A DNA stretch of 64,000 bases. Source: Epiperipatus broadwayi. Taxonomy: Eukaryota; Animalia; Onychophora. Below, in pieces: positions 38,330 to 52,049 of the stretch. The DNA lies in contig JAQFVV010000007.1 in NCBI GenBank assembly GCA_028023455.1, forward strand, positions 8,680,001 to 8,744,000, in the 5' to 3' direction. Both the position numbers and the translations under genes were made by a program. How positions within the stretch are numbered: the first letter of the stretch is position 1; every line of letters starts with the position of its first letter. The notes under the pieces are model-generated. The model saw only the letters and a program-made list of their open reading frames with translations, was not told the DNA's origin and did no database searches.

Positions 38330-38600
38330 TTGTTCTTTCCAGCCAATCAGAATGTCTTTTTCGGCTGAGAGCATGCTAAGAACCAATCACAAGTAATGTT
38401 CTTTCTTTGTTTAGGTTTAAATGCGTTTTTTTTTATTTTTTACTTGTAAAATAAATCGGAAGAGGGCACCATCTTACAGAACTTTTAAAAACCTATTCAA
38501 AACCTATCAAATGAATTTTTTAGCATAAGAACTGGCAGAGTTAGAGTGACATCAGATGTCTACGAGGAGCCTCGTAGGAGGTGGGAAAAGGGTTAATAGC
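38330..38600 (+). promoter_or_regulatory. Promoter-like island
   Basis: Two CCAAT boxes (AGCCAATCAG, AACCAATCAC), ETS CGGAAG, YY1-like CCATCTT, TGACATCA; CpGs retained. Confidence 0.5.
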
Positions 38601-39400
38601 CATTGCCGTGTTTTTAATGATACTCTTCTTTTATTTCGCATACATTTTATTTATTTACAAATCGCACATATATACGCACATATATTTTTAATACAATTTA
38701 CTATTTAGTTTTAACATTATTTTTTCTTTAATTAAACTTGAATGAAAAGAGATTTGTATGTTTTAACTTTTTAAATTATATTTTTATGAATATTAATAAA
38801 AACTCTTTACTTCCTTTTATAACCCTTAGTTTAATTTCTCTAACGAAACACCCCTCTCCCCTTCTGATTAATTAATTGTAGCTTTTTTATTTCAAAACTA
38901 ACACTAGAAAACTATTTGATTCTTATCCTTTTCTAAAACAAACTGCAATAAACTCTTCAACGTTTAATTTTATGTTTTTCTTTTATGAACGATTATTTTA
39001 ATAATATAATTTTAGATAAAATTATATGTGCCTATATCAATATAGGTACAGTATATTACAAAAATTCATAGGACTCTGAAAATCTTTAATAGGATTAAAA
39101 TGTTGAAATATGATTATATACACCAGGGAAGTTATTGAATTCTAAAGAATATTTATCAAAGTACAACAGCTATGATTAGATGATATTTCAAAGAATGTAT
39201 TGCAGAATTATGCATTCTCTCAAAAATTTTAATCAGCAATTTTTGAAAAACAAAGGGAGTAAACAGAAAGAAAACTAAAACGAATAAAACATTATATACA
39301 CTAGTTTATACAATGCTATTTCTTCTGTGATGAGAATAAAATAATTTGCTGCTAAATGAAGATTACTTTATCTTTCTTATTCCACTGCCAAATCCATGTA

Positions 39401-39690
39401 ATATTAATATAATTTATGTTCTTTATTACTTTTTACAATGCTTTTTTACAACTCACTAGATGCTTTAGATTGACCCATCAACCTTCTTCAGAACTATAAC
39501 AAACACAATATAAATACATGAATAATATATATATATAATGTAAAATTATATGTTCATATATATTTGTATTTATGTATTTGTATTGTGTTTGTTATAGTTC
39601 TGAAGAAAATTGCTGGGGCAATCAAAACCGTCTAGTAGGTTGTAAAATAGCAATGTAAAAAATAATAAAGAACAAAAATGATATTAATAT
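39401..39690. mobile_element. Fold-back element, family P2, with degenerate hammerhead motifs
   Basis: About 120-bp arms (39401-39519 and 39572-39690). Right arm reads CUGAAGA A AAUUG-CUGGGG-CAAUC AAAAC C GUC. Confidence 0.7.
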
Positions 39691-39899
39691 TAAATAAAGA
39701 TTACTTAATTTTGCTAGTTTGAGTGTTTTATTTGTTATGGATTTGACAAATCAAAATTGAGGAAAATAGGAACGTTGATATTAGAAGTGGTAAAAGTATA
39801 TTGATAGTGATTAACTTTAATATTGATAATAACAAATTACAAGAAGTTATTATCATAAATAGCCTGATTAAATAAGTGAATATAATGGATGATATTAAT

Positions 39900-40060
39900 A
39901 ATAAAAATATTTCGCCTGCCGCTTGCTCTTTAAAAGGGACAGAAAATCAATTTAATATGCTTCATCATTTTCTTAAATGCAGAAAAAAAAACCGTTTGTA
40001 CTACATATGTATTTGATGTCATGGGGAAAAAATAATATTTCTGATTAAGATGGCGGAAAC
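39900..40060 (+). promoter_or_regulatory. Promoter-like element
   Basis: Perfect YY1-type AAGATGGCGG near 40040; TTTCGCC upstream. Confidence 0.35.
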
Positions 40061-40732
40061 CACCAGATTATAGCTTATATAGATTTTTTTAAATACCATT
40101 TTTTAATAAAAAGTAATTTTTAAAATATTTATTTTTATTGGAAAAAAAAATTCTATGCAAGACATTTTAGAAGAAACTGACAGACACATTCTGAGTAACT
40201 ACAGACAATTATTATATATTTTTTTAAAATATTAATTTACTTTATAGTGCAATGTCTTGATAAATTATTTCAAGTTTAATTTTCACAATTGTCTGTTATT
40301 ATATATAAAAAAAAAATTAAATAAAAAATTAGTGAACCTATAAACATACGTATATGTGAGGCCTATAAATATGTTTGAGTGCGTGTATGTGCATATATGC
40401 GCTTGTGTAAAAATTTCCCATAGCAGTTAGTTATTAATGTATGTTTGACTTTTAGATTATAATTTATCAATATTACTTATAAATAAACATTTGAAAACAT
40501 TTATCACAAAACATGAATGGCTTAGGATTAGCGTATCACTTTAATTGAAATTTTGTCAAGATTTTAAATGATCTTATTAACGAAACTCCTATTGTAAAAC
40601 TTATGTGGCAAAATTAATAATATATAAATAAATTCAAGATTAATAATTTTTAAATGTTTAAATTCATTATTTTTTAATTTTATTTTACAATAAATATTAA
40701 ATGTTGCCAGTATTATTGTTTACAATATATTC

Positions 40733-40950
40733 ATCATCATCATTTCAACCATTATTGATCTACTGCAGAATAAAAAACCTACCTATGTTTTAATCAGTGT
40801 CTCTGACCTATAGCCTCTCTTCTTCACCTTACACCAATAGTTTCTTTTTTCCACATATTACCAACAAACTTTATTTTATTCATCCATCCCATATATGGTT
40901 TCTTTCTAGATCTTTTACAATCTCTCAGGATCCAATTTAAAGCTTCAACT
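40733..40950 (-). mobile_element. RTE LINE 3'-end remnant
   Basis: (CAT)n tail plus similarity to 2460-2650. Confidence 0.6.
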
Positions 40951-41270
40951 CTTCCAGCCCCACTCTATTTCAAATGATTTTATATTAACATGACCCTTTT
41001 TGAATTTTTAACAATGAAAAAAAAATCCAATCTCATTTTAACTTGAACTCACATCCTTATATTGCCAAAGAAAACTCCCCAACAACTGAGCCAACAGAAA
41101 TATTACATTTATAGAATAAAATGTTAATATTGATTTAATTTTCGCTTAATTAAAAAGCCAATACATAAATATTTTTAAACAGTGGACAATCACATGATAC
41201 TAAAATTTAGAATTCATTTGTTAGAGTGAGGATGTATTTTCTTATTTTCACTTATTATTAAGTTATAATA

Positions 41271-41525
41271 CAGAGGCAAAACTCTCCATACAGTAGCACC
41301 ACTCAGTACAAGCCAGAGTAATAAATGAATGCATGAAGGTTTGTGCATAAAATCCCCATCTAGTGCCTAGTCTTGGATGAGTATGTACTAGATAGGGATT
41401 TTATGCACAAACCTTCCTGCATTCATTTATTACTCTGGTTTGCACTGAGTGGCATTACTGTATGGAAAGGTTTGCCTCTGTGTTAAACAGTTTGTGTAAA
41501 CATAAAGAATGATGATTATGTGATA
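41271..41525. mobile_element. Fold-back element, family P3, copy 3
   Basis: Near-perfect palindrome at 41271-41480. The centre keeps CTAGTC. A one-sided extension is shared with the other copies. Confidence 0.8.
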
Positions 41526-41626
41526 TTAAATTATGCTTTTTGTCAGATTTTTTTTGTAGTTTAACCATTTTTTTAAAATATGGAAATATAATTAAGAAGT
41601 AAAAAAAAATAATGAATAAAAAAAAC

Positions 41627-41860
41627 GATTTTGTAAAAATAACGCTTTTATGGTAACAGCCAACTAAAAGGAGAAAAAATAACCAAGTAATCTGACTCAA
41701 AAAATTAGTCATTTCATAAAAGCATTTGAGACTATAAAAATCAAAATGGCCTCAAGTGCTTTTATAAAATGATACAATATGTTTTTTAATCAGATTACTT
41801 TGTTATTTTTCTACCTTTTAGTCAGCTGTTTTCATAAAAGCATTATTTTTTTAAAAAATC
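41627..41860. repeat. Unclassified fold-back (MITE-like)
   Basis: Imperfect arms of about 105 bp around a 16-bp spacer. Confidence 0.6.
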
Positions 41861-42369
41861 TTTTTTTTACAGGTTTTTTTATTACTCTTTATATTCTTTC
41901 AATAATAGCTTATTCTTTCATCCATGTAGGAGAGAGTTGCCTAAGGCACAACAGATGCACAAATCATATTTATTGATTTTTTAAACATCTAATTAATATA
42001 AATGGCATCTAATGATAAGTACATGAATTAAATGGCAAAGGTTTTATTGTGACTTGCTGATTTGTGACAATTATAACCTATAGGAAAAAAAACAAGTTTG
42101 ATGTAAATTTTGAATGTATGTATTTAACTGATATTATTTGAATAACAAAATTTCACAGTACATTATTACATTTTTTAACACTAGCTTTAATATATTATTT
42201 ATCTGCAACATTTTATGAATATTTTGAAATTATTTTAGAGGTTTATATTGCCTTTAAAAAGTTTTTAAAGTTTCTTAAATCAAACCACAATACAGTTTCT
42301 AAAATTGTACTGGTAATTTTATCTACTAAAAACTATTTTTTTTTTTTTTTATAAAAATCATTTTATTTT

Positions 42370-42700
42370 TCATAGCATGGAAAAAAGAAAACATGGATGT
42401 GGATCATGAGGGTATGGAAAAGGCAATAGAAGCATACCAGAATAAAAAGTATGGATTCAATTAATGTTACAAATGTCATAAGTTAACATAAGTCAACATT
42501 TAAAATGCATCTTGAAAGGCAAAGTTAAAACAGAAAGCTTTTTTTTTGTAAAACTGCTTAAAAATGAACAATTCTACTAAGTATGATTTTGGAAATAGAC
42601 TAGTAGGATTTAGAGCAATTGCAAGATTTTAAAAATTGGCTTTAACTACATTTCTTAAAGAAAAAACTTTTAAATATGCAGATAAAAATTACATAAGACA
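42370..42700 (+). mobile_element. pogo/Tigger-type transposase remnant (psq-type HTH)
   Basis: GMEKAIEAYQNKKYGFN...KSTFKMHL across frameshifts. Confidence 0.5.
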
Positions 42701-42789
42701 TTTATCTTTAAACAAAAACATCAATTACTATTGAAAGACACCCCAATCAATAAATAAATCAAAAAATTTCTTAAGTAGTATGATTTAGG

Positions 42790-42890
42790 TAACTCTTCTC
42801 TAGTTCATTTCCATCTCTTCTTGTTATTCTTAACAAACATGTCTTCATATTTCATAGAATGTTTGGAAATCTTTGTACCACTTTTTTGTT
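42790..42890 (-). mobile_element. RTE LINE 3' remnant
   Basis: Similar to 2540-2640. Confidence 0.4.
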
Positions 42891-45029
42891 AAGATCTAAG
42901 TTTCCGATTCATAAATAAAAACTGATAAAACACATATATTAAAAACATTGCTCTTTAAACATATAAACATGTGTCCTTTTAATACCAAATTCTTTCTAAA
43001 AAGGAATTTGTCTAAGTTTAATTCTATGATAAAGCTATATTATATTTATGAAGCATATAATATTTTATTTATAACATCATATAAGGTGGAATTATTAGGA
43101 AAATTTCATCTCCAATCAATTGCATAAGTAATCAATATGAAGCATATAGTAAACCACCAACATGGATTTAAGATCATCAGTAAAAATAACTACCTTAAAT
43201 GGATATATACATCTATCTGCTTGGAAATATACAAGTTTTATGTTATAGTAACTAAGTACATCTGTCTACTGTAAATGTCGAATGGATATCTAACAGTTTT
43301 TTAGCATGGACACAAAATATTCAAGGGAAATTTACAAAAACCCTCACTAATGTATTTTTATTTATAATGAGTGTAGGACTGGAAGGCAAAGTTTGCATAT
43401 AGGTCTAGGCCCTGCAGTACTCCTATAACATTCAATATAATGAATATGTGTTTTTTTATTTTATTCTTTCTTTATGCTTGTACATTATATAACCCTTAAG
43501 TTTAATATCAGTAGCCGTCCTCTAATTCATGAAATAATTACAAAAATCCTTGCATGGAACTGTTCATTTCACAATTCCAGCAACATGGTATTTGGTTGTC
43601 ATATAGATGTGCACACATCCAAGATAAGAAGCTGCATGCTAGGTAGAGATCACTGTCACTCATGCAGTGCTGACTCTGTTATGCATGTGTAAAGTAGTAT
43701 TTTTTATTCAATGTTAAAACAATGGCTAAAAGTTTTCTGAACCCACAATCCCACAAATTTTAGTTATGAGCAGCTACTGAGGACAGGTTGTTTGTGCCAT
43801 ATCAGTTATTTATGATTGTTTTACTTTACATCAAAAAAATTAGTGAATGTACTCTATCAGTGCTTACTTAACCATTTGAGATTTACAATTTTAATATACA
43901 AGCAATATACAGTTTACAGGTCACAATGCAAAGATGTGAACAATTAGAATTGGCAAGCGAGGAATCAAAAAAAAAAAAAAAGAGAGATAAATGTAAGAAG
44001 GAATACCAGAATTTATATGAATAAAAAAATTATGCAGCTAAAACAGAGCTGGTTAGAAATGCTTTTTAAAAAGACAACAAAGGGAGAAAATCTGAAATCC
44101 TAAACAGAAAACAATAAGATTTTAAAATATCTGGAAAATCTTTGCATAGAAGATGGCTGATGGATTTAAAAAATAACATGAATAATGTTGACAAAAAAAG
44201 TACTAAAATAAAGTGGAAAATTCTTTTATCCTACGATGAATTCTATAGAAGGATTTCTTACTAATATTTGTATACATACACACACGCGCAGTTCATTCAA
44301 AGTATTGTGCATCTTTATATTGTATATAATCTTAAGACCTGATTCTTAAATACATAGATAAATTTTATTTCTAAATAAAAAATTGAAATTCGTGGTATTT
44401 TTTAATTCAAAATTTTAATAGCAAAAATTACAAGGAAATTCTTTTTCATCAATTTAAATATAAAAAATATTTTTTATTACATAATATTTTTTACCTAACA
44501 AAAAGAATTTATTAATATCTTTTAAATTAAAAAAAAAATAAATTAAATTACAAATATTAGTTAAATATACTCTTTTTGTAAAATATTTTTTGTAAATGTT
44601 ATCTCAATGATGTCAGATGGAAATATGTTCATTTTGATGATAATTTAAAATTTCTTGGTGGATAAATAAAAGAAAGAGAGCGAAACTATTTTCCCTTGAT
44701 GTTTTTAATTAATATCAACCAACAGCTCTCTCCCACCAATGGCATCTAATGTTTTCTGAACACATACCAAGAACGCTTTTTCTCTTTAGCTCACTTTCTT
44801 AAGATGTAGGGGAAGCAAACTCAAGAACTAAAAGTTACTCTATTGACTTAGAGTAAAAAATAATAATTATGTTAAATGTCATAAAGTGTTATACTATTAT
44901 ATATATATGAGTGCAGAGAGTGTCAAAAATATATACATACTTTAATGAAAAACTATTAAAATTATAATACTCAATATATATACTAATAAAAAATGAATAC
45001 AAGTCGTGTTTTACTTCTGCAAATGCAAA

Positions 45030-45330
45030 ATGGGTTCACACTAGTTACCGTTAGCATCCATATACTTGTGATTCGGGTGAATTACTGCTTGAGCAATTCG
45101 ACCCAAGATTCCACTTGTATTGCTATACATGCCATTTCAATTTCTGTTGCATACTCACACCTCCACTAACATCATGTTTCCATAATGTTCTCTAATTTCA
45201 AATACCACTTCAAAATGATTTGTTCTCCACTTTACACCATTTTTAGGATTGTCCTAGCTGTCACACGAAGCTGCTAGCATTCATTTGATTAATGCCATCT
45301 TTAGAGTAAATGGCAACACATTGCTTCCAT
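45030..45330 (-). mobile_element. Tc1/mariner (maT/rosa-like) N-terminal remnant
   Basis: IILKWYLKLENIME...WRCEYATE resembles ILKWYWKxENxxEVQRxWRREF. Confidence 0.45.
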
Positions 45331-45701
45331 AACTTAATTCAACTTCAAAAATAATATATAGATAAAATCTCTTAAAAATGAATACATATTTTGGCAATTC
45401 CTGATACATAATTATCTATTTAGTTGTTCAAGAAATCATTCAAGCCTCAAAAACGGCAGGCTAAGCTTCGATATAGGGATCTTTATCTCACTCATCTATC
45501 ATTTCACCACTGTGGTGAATTGCATCAGGAAAAATTAATCAAATTATAAATTGTTTAAATAATCATGTGTTATTGAAATATCAGAGAAACTATGATTCTT
45601 TGGCTTTACAAGTCAGTGACTCTAAACCACACTGTTTAACACTACTGTTTAAATTAAATTAACCAAAAAAATTTTGAGCAATTGTGAATTAAATAAATAT
45701 A

Positions 45702-45820
45702 ACACTGAATGGCTTATTGGTTGACAGTTTATTATGAAGTAACAGAGCAAGCAGAGACATGATCCATGGAACTTTAGCTACAGTGTTTGATATTCTGCCA
45801 GTGCACTAAATAATACAGGG
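45702..45820 (-). mobile_element. S1 SINE copy
   Basis: TGAATGGCTT...CACTAAATAATACAGGG. Confidence 0.45.
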
Positions 45821-46734
45821 CAGTTGCAAATTAATTTTTAAAATCGAAATTACAACATAAAGACAGTCAAAATAATTTTGAAAATGAAGTTAATCTAATG
45901 AAACCACAGAAAGTTAGATTTATGTCTGAACTAAAAAAAAGTATCAAACTGGTACAAAAATAATTTAAGTTATATCATTTTTTACATTATAATGTTAAAA
46001 TTATATAAAATGTATGACACTAAATTTATAACTAAATGACATGAATATTATATATGTGTATTGGATGGTACTATGACAGGACAACAAGTAGAGCAATACA
46101 GATGATGAATTAATCATCTGAACATTAATCACACATTGGGCAATCATTATACATCAGACAAACAAAACTGCTAAGCTAACACATCAATGTTAAATTCTCA
46201 CTAACAAAAATTTTATACATGCAGCATAATATTGATCACTAATTGGATCACAACCAGCATCTTCAACAATCATCCATAGTCCATAATTTGATTACCTAAA
46301 GTATGTACACAGGTAATGCTGGAAATGTGGTTAAATCTCCCTAACAAAAAATCACTTTTATTCATTTATCTAGCCTGATCAGAAAGATAATATTGACTGG
46401 TACAAATCAGCTTGATTTATTTTAAGTATAAGAATGCTTCTATATTTCCAGCATAACTTCTAAATTAAGAAGCCTGACTTATCTATCTTTATTACTTTTT
46501 AAATACTAATTGTCTGCTAAGTTGTTCATGGTTCAACACAAGAACACTTTGAATTCTTTTCTGTACACTAGATAGCACGTAACCACATGCTAATCACATG
46601 TATGAGTAAACTGTAAATTATGCCACCAGGTTAAAAAATTAATAAAACAATAGAGACAACTGCTACACTTTTTTAATTTTAAAGTAATAATTTATCATAT
46701 TTCCAATTCAATATTTATAATCTTTATATGTGGA

Positions 46735-47592
46735 TATGGGGTGGTATTCAAAAAATCTCAGAATAATGCTCTGGAGGATGATTTCCTAAATGCCACTTGG
46801 AGAGACTCCCTACATCAGTCTGCCAATTGGAAAGATCATGTAAAGTTGTGGATCATGTAATATTTTATGTTAAGTGAGTCTTGCTTATTTGTCAATTTTT
46901 GTGATGGCTGAAAAGTTGGAACAAAATGCAATTCTGTTTACGGCTATTAAAAAATGGCAGGGAAAGCTGTTGTAATTCTTGAAACAGCTTAAAAGCATGA
47001 TTCTCTGAGTAAAACACAAATTTGCAAGTGATTTAATGAAAGAGTTTGATTCTTCATGTCCCAAAACAATATGATGAGTGAAGTCCAATGTCAAAAAGAT
47101 GCTGATCTTGTTTATGCAAATGGCATGGTTCATTCAGAATTCATTCATAATAGTCAGCAATTTTACCTAAAAGTTCCAAAATATTTCTGTTATGTGGTGA
47201 AATGAAAACATTTTGATATGTGGCAGTGTAAGAAGTGGTAGTTTCACCACAACAATATGTCATAACACAAAGCCTTGAGTGAGAATTTTTACCCAAAAAC
47301 AACATTTGTCAACATATCCATCTCCCATATTCACCTGATCTCACTCCATGCAACTTTTTATTCCCCTGAAGTGGAAAAATGTCTAAAAAAATGTATTGCA
47401 GACTTGCAAGAGGTGGAAAAAAAAGAAAGCACTAAAATGCAGCACTTTGCATGAGTTTCATGATTGCTTCGAAAACTGGAAAACCCATTTAGACTGGTGC
47501 ATTGCATCAAATGAACAATTTGTTACACTTAAAAATAAATACCCAATTTCTTATTAAAAATTCTATGTTTTGTTTTTGGTCACCCCCTCATA
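46735..47592 (+). mobile_element. Internally deleted mariner element
   Basis: Degenerate TIRs (TATGGGGTGG...; ...CACCCCCTCATA). MAEKLEQ start, VKSNVKKML, HLPYSPDLTPCNF, CFENWKTHLDWCIASN. Confidence 0.8.
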
Positions 47593-50500
47593 TTTGTAAT
47601 AAATCAATGCCTACATTATGTGTTTGTGCATATATTTCTAAATTTAATACTTTTCTTAATCTTCTCTCAACTTCTTCAAATATATATACACATACTGTGC
47701 AAACATTTTATTATATGAGATATCTTCTTAATATATATAATACTTTAACATTTCATAATAAAAAAAATATCAATAAAAAAATATTGAAAATTACATTTAA
47801 AAAATGCAAATTTTATAAAATTTTCAAAAGACAGGAAAAGACCAAAAATAATAACAATAATTATGAAAAAGTTTACAAATTCATTAATCTTTTATTAATA
47901 GATGCTAACTCAAAATATTTAATAGAAATTTAGTCCATTTTAATTTTCGATGGTGCAAAACTAGTATTATCTCTTATATTTTTACTTTTTTTAGCTTATT
48001 TTAGTAAGCAATATTTAATTCTAATATACAATTTTCACAGTACTTTAACTATCTTCTTTGTTATTTATTCCAGTTAGAAAGTTTTATAAAATCTTGGGTT
48101 TCCACAACTTTCTTCCCGCGTCACTAGCACTGTCGAATTCTACACTTTTGAAGTTTAATTTTCTTCACGAAATCATTTTTATTTTAATCTGTTGGTTGAT
48201 TTGCGTTTTTCTACAGCATTTTGTCTGGTAAATGGACTATCAAACCAAGGATACATTTTATCTTGAAGTATGATAGTAGGAAATGATAAGACCAACCGTT
48301 CTTCATCCGTTTTTCCTCAGTGTCTATATTTCCAAATAGAGCTAATAACTAAATTGATATTGGTGATTAGTAAATACTTTATAGTTTAATCCCAGTTTCC
48401 TAGTGCTGGTTTTATCTGCTTTCCACAATAATTTAAGGCCAACTTCTTTTTCTTAAAAAACAACTGCTAGCTATTGGAGATTTTATTTATAATGTTTTCA
48501 AACACTGGTGTCGAATGGCTGAAATTTTATCTTTAGCCAATTCACTTCCAACTGAAATTGAAGAGAACCAAAGAAAACGAACACTATTACATATTAATTC
48601 TTTCCTCTCATACTATAGTATAGTACTTTCTGTAAACAACAACTTGACCTCTTATCTAATCTGAGATGACATATTTGTTTTTGACCAGATTCAGGTTAAT
48701 GACTCATTTAATTAACAAATTAAATGTAAAAAGTAATTATTTTTCCCCATCTTTGACCAACATTTTTATTTTTATAAAATTGAAATTTGAACCCTTAAAA
48801 TGCAAAATTATCTTTACATAATTATTAAAATAAAAAATATATATTTTTTATTTTATAAAAAAACAAAATTTATTTATAATACTTAAATTTGAATTTATAG
48901 ATTAATTTCGATGATGCTTAATTGCATACATTAATATCTGAAATACTTATGCAGTCTATTAAAAATAGACTAATTTTTTTTTCTTCACAATTCAACAAAT
49001 ATAAATTTTAACCAATACACTTTTGCAGGAGTTTTAATTATTTTTGTTTAATTTTAACTATAACAAAAAATTATATTTAAATCCTTCACAATTTTGAAAG
49101 AAAAATCTTCTAGTATTTAGACAATTGTTTTTATCTTAGCATATATAAATGAATTCCTTTCTTCTAGAAATCAATAACCATAGTTTGTGACTTGAGTTAT
49201 TATACAAAATCAATAATAACTTTCCCACATAAATCTAACGTTTTATTTCTTTACTTCTTTAATACATGACTTTTAATATTTTAATTCCCATAGCTTTTCT
49301 CTTTTTGGTAAATTGTAACAACATTCTGCTATAACTTTTCTTTGTTTATTAGATGGTATTATTGATAGATAATTCATGGATTCAAGTAATAAAACATGTT
49401 AAATTCTGAATTCAAATAAACCATATTACACTTATTTATAAATTTTTTCATGACCATGTTGAAAAGAAAAAGCTGTAAGCTAAAAAAGCTGTAATTGACT
49501 TAAATAATAGTTTTATAGAAACAAATTGTTGAGTATCTAAATAACAAATCTTGTAACATCTCCAGAGAAGAATAGCTATAGATCCACTTCTCAATTACTG
49601 TTGTTAGATTAATTAAAATTATTCAATTTTGTTTTTTATTTATACTTTAATTTTTAATGTATCAATTTTGTATAAAAATAGCTAGAAAATATATTTCATA
49701 TGCATGTGGTACAACTTTTTTTCCCATATTTAAATCACTTAAGTATTTTTGACCAGCTTTTGTATTTACCTAAATATTCTTTGTTTTCTTTCATAATATT
49801 GCCAATGAAAGTATCTCACACAAATTCATTAACTTAAGTATTTACATATTTTTCAATTATAGATAAGCATCTATCACCATTTGCTGCCCTGCCAGGGGCA
49901 CAAATAGAGAGACTGATGTCTATCATGTTTCATCACCTCTGGTACAAAATTTATACTGCTATATATCAGTGGTAATGTGATTAACCTCAAGTCATCAGTA
50001 GCTCCCGTAAGTGCAGTGTTCTCCTGTCATGTCATTCTCAGTCTTATTATACCCATTTCAATTATTTTTTATTCCACTATATATATATACAAAAATAATG
50101 TAATGCATCTACAATTAAGTATATATAAAGAAATCTGAAAATAACATTTCAGATTTTTACATATTTTTAAAAGTGTATTCAATGATATCTCAATTAATTC
50201 ATGCAAATGTGTTTAATCTATAGTTATAAATAGCCAAATAATTATAGCAACTTGGGACCACAATCAAAAGATTCTTAATACTCCCTACTTCTGGTCACCA
50301 AAAGCTGCCTTGGCTGATGATTTTACAGCCTCCTAGAAATGAGTTCCATACTTTATAATTTTGTCTATCATGATTGTAAATATAAAAACCGATGATCACT
50401 GTTCCACACATTTGTCTTGTCTTCAAAAAAACTCAACAGATAATTCAGTTAAGAACTATTGAGCAACTGAGAAGAAAAATCATGCTATTTCTTGATTGTA

Positions 50501-50656
50501 AATCCAGTGATAAAGATCAGTAACCTCCTCATCGAATAATCACATGATAATAACTACTGCAATGATAAGCATGTATGAAGTGGATATTAAGGAATTATTT
50601 AATGCCACAGAGAAATTAATAAGACTTCTTTCTATTAAAATAGAGTTCTTTCTAAA

Positions 50657-50689
<33 letters not shown>

Positions 50690-50694
<5 letters not shown>

Positions 50695-51472
50695 AAGTCT
50701 CATCCTAGAATCAAATATATATATATACAAAGTCTCATCCTAGAATCAAATGCTATATATATCATTGCTAAATATTACTATGGTTACCTTCAAAGCACTA
50801 TCTTAGGAAACTGTGCACTTATGGCAATGCCTATTCTACTCTTCAATGCAATTTTGGATTGCTTTTTTGTAACATCCATCAGAAAACTTATTGTATTACT
50901 CTTGGTGTTCTGAATGTCATCAAAATATCTTTCAATAATTCCTTTATTTTCAAGTATAAAAAAGTCATTGAGTCCAGATCACTTTCTCACAGACAGTGGC
51001 ATGTGAGTATGCATTTTTGCACACACCTGTCTCTTGATATTTTCAGATAACATTTGCCTAACCTTTTCTTTAGCGATGTTTATTTGACCTATTACACTTC
51101 TCACAATCAACTAATAATCTTGATGCAAAATTTGACAAATTTTTGCTGGATGCTCTGATCTCTCTTCATCAATGATACCTTCTGTCCCCATAGAATCTTA
51201 AATTTAATCCATTTATACATCAATACACTCTTCATGAAATTATCTCCATAAACATATACTAACATGTCCCTGATTTCACTTTCACTCTTGCCAAGTTTAA
51301 CAAGAAATTTATTGTTCATTTGTCACTCTAATTCAAGTTCCACTGTTTCATAATGGCATCCAAAAACACTCCATAAGACACTATCACATATCAACTTGAA
51401 CACAGCTGTGAGTCACTAATATACCAAGGTTCTGAAACCATGTTGGCAAATTTGTGGACTTAATTGTCAAAC

Positions 51473-51476
<4 letters not shown>
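50690..51476 (-). mobile_element. Internally deleted mariner element between two (TA)n arrays
   Basis: 5' TIR TGAAGTTTGACAATTAAGT. KFLVKLGKSESEIRDMLVYVYGDN...YKWIK, VCAKM, NDFF, FEGNHSNI. The right-end block is duplicated at 50690-50755. Confidence 0.85.
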
Positions 51477-51506
<30 letters not shown>

Positions 51507-51508
51507 TG

Positions 51509-51552
<44 letters not shown>
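51477..51552. repeat. (TA)n microsatellite, interrupted; others at 23113-23133 and 50661-50692
   Basis: Seen directly. Confidence 0.95.
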
Positions 51553-51554
<2 letters not shown>

Positions 51555-52049
51555 CAAACAGAAGTTTTGGGTAGTTAAGATGGCTATAATCATGAATTTT
51601 AAGGTGAATTCTTCAGCTTTTTGTATAACATTTAGCTTTGTTCTTGATTAGACAGAGTGATCTGGCTGTTTACCTACAAGGGGGTAGAGTAATAGTGCAA
51701 ATACTTAATAACCTATTATTCTTTGTGAAATAGATCCAATTAAGAAATTCTCTGCTCAAAAGTAAGTTTGTGAATTTCATTATTTGCTTAGAAAACTTGG
51801 AAAAAATTATAGATCAAAATAGGAAGTGGTACTAAAACTAAGATAAAGCAGCATAATTAAGCTAATTCATGGTCAACCATACAGACTAACTACATTTATT
51901 GATCAGTTAATAGTATTTAGTTATTATTAAATGGAACATAAAATTTATGAGGGAAAACTGTAAAACCTTCACCATTACATAACTAGTATCGTAAGTATCA
52001 TCTTCCACTTTACAATTCCTTTGTGAAGAGATGTAGAATGAGATTATGA

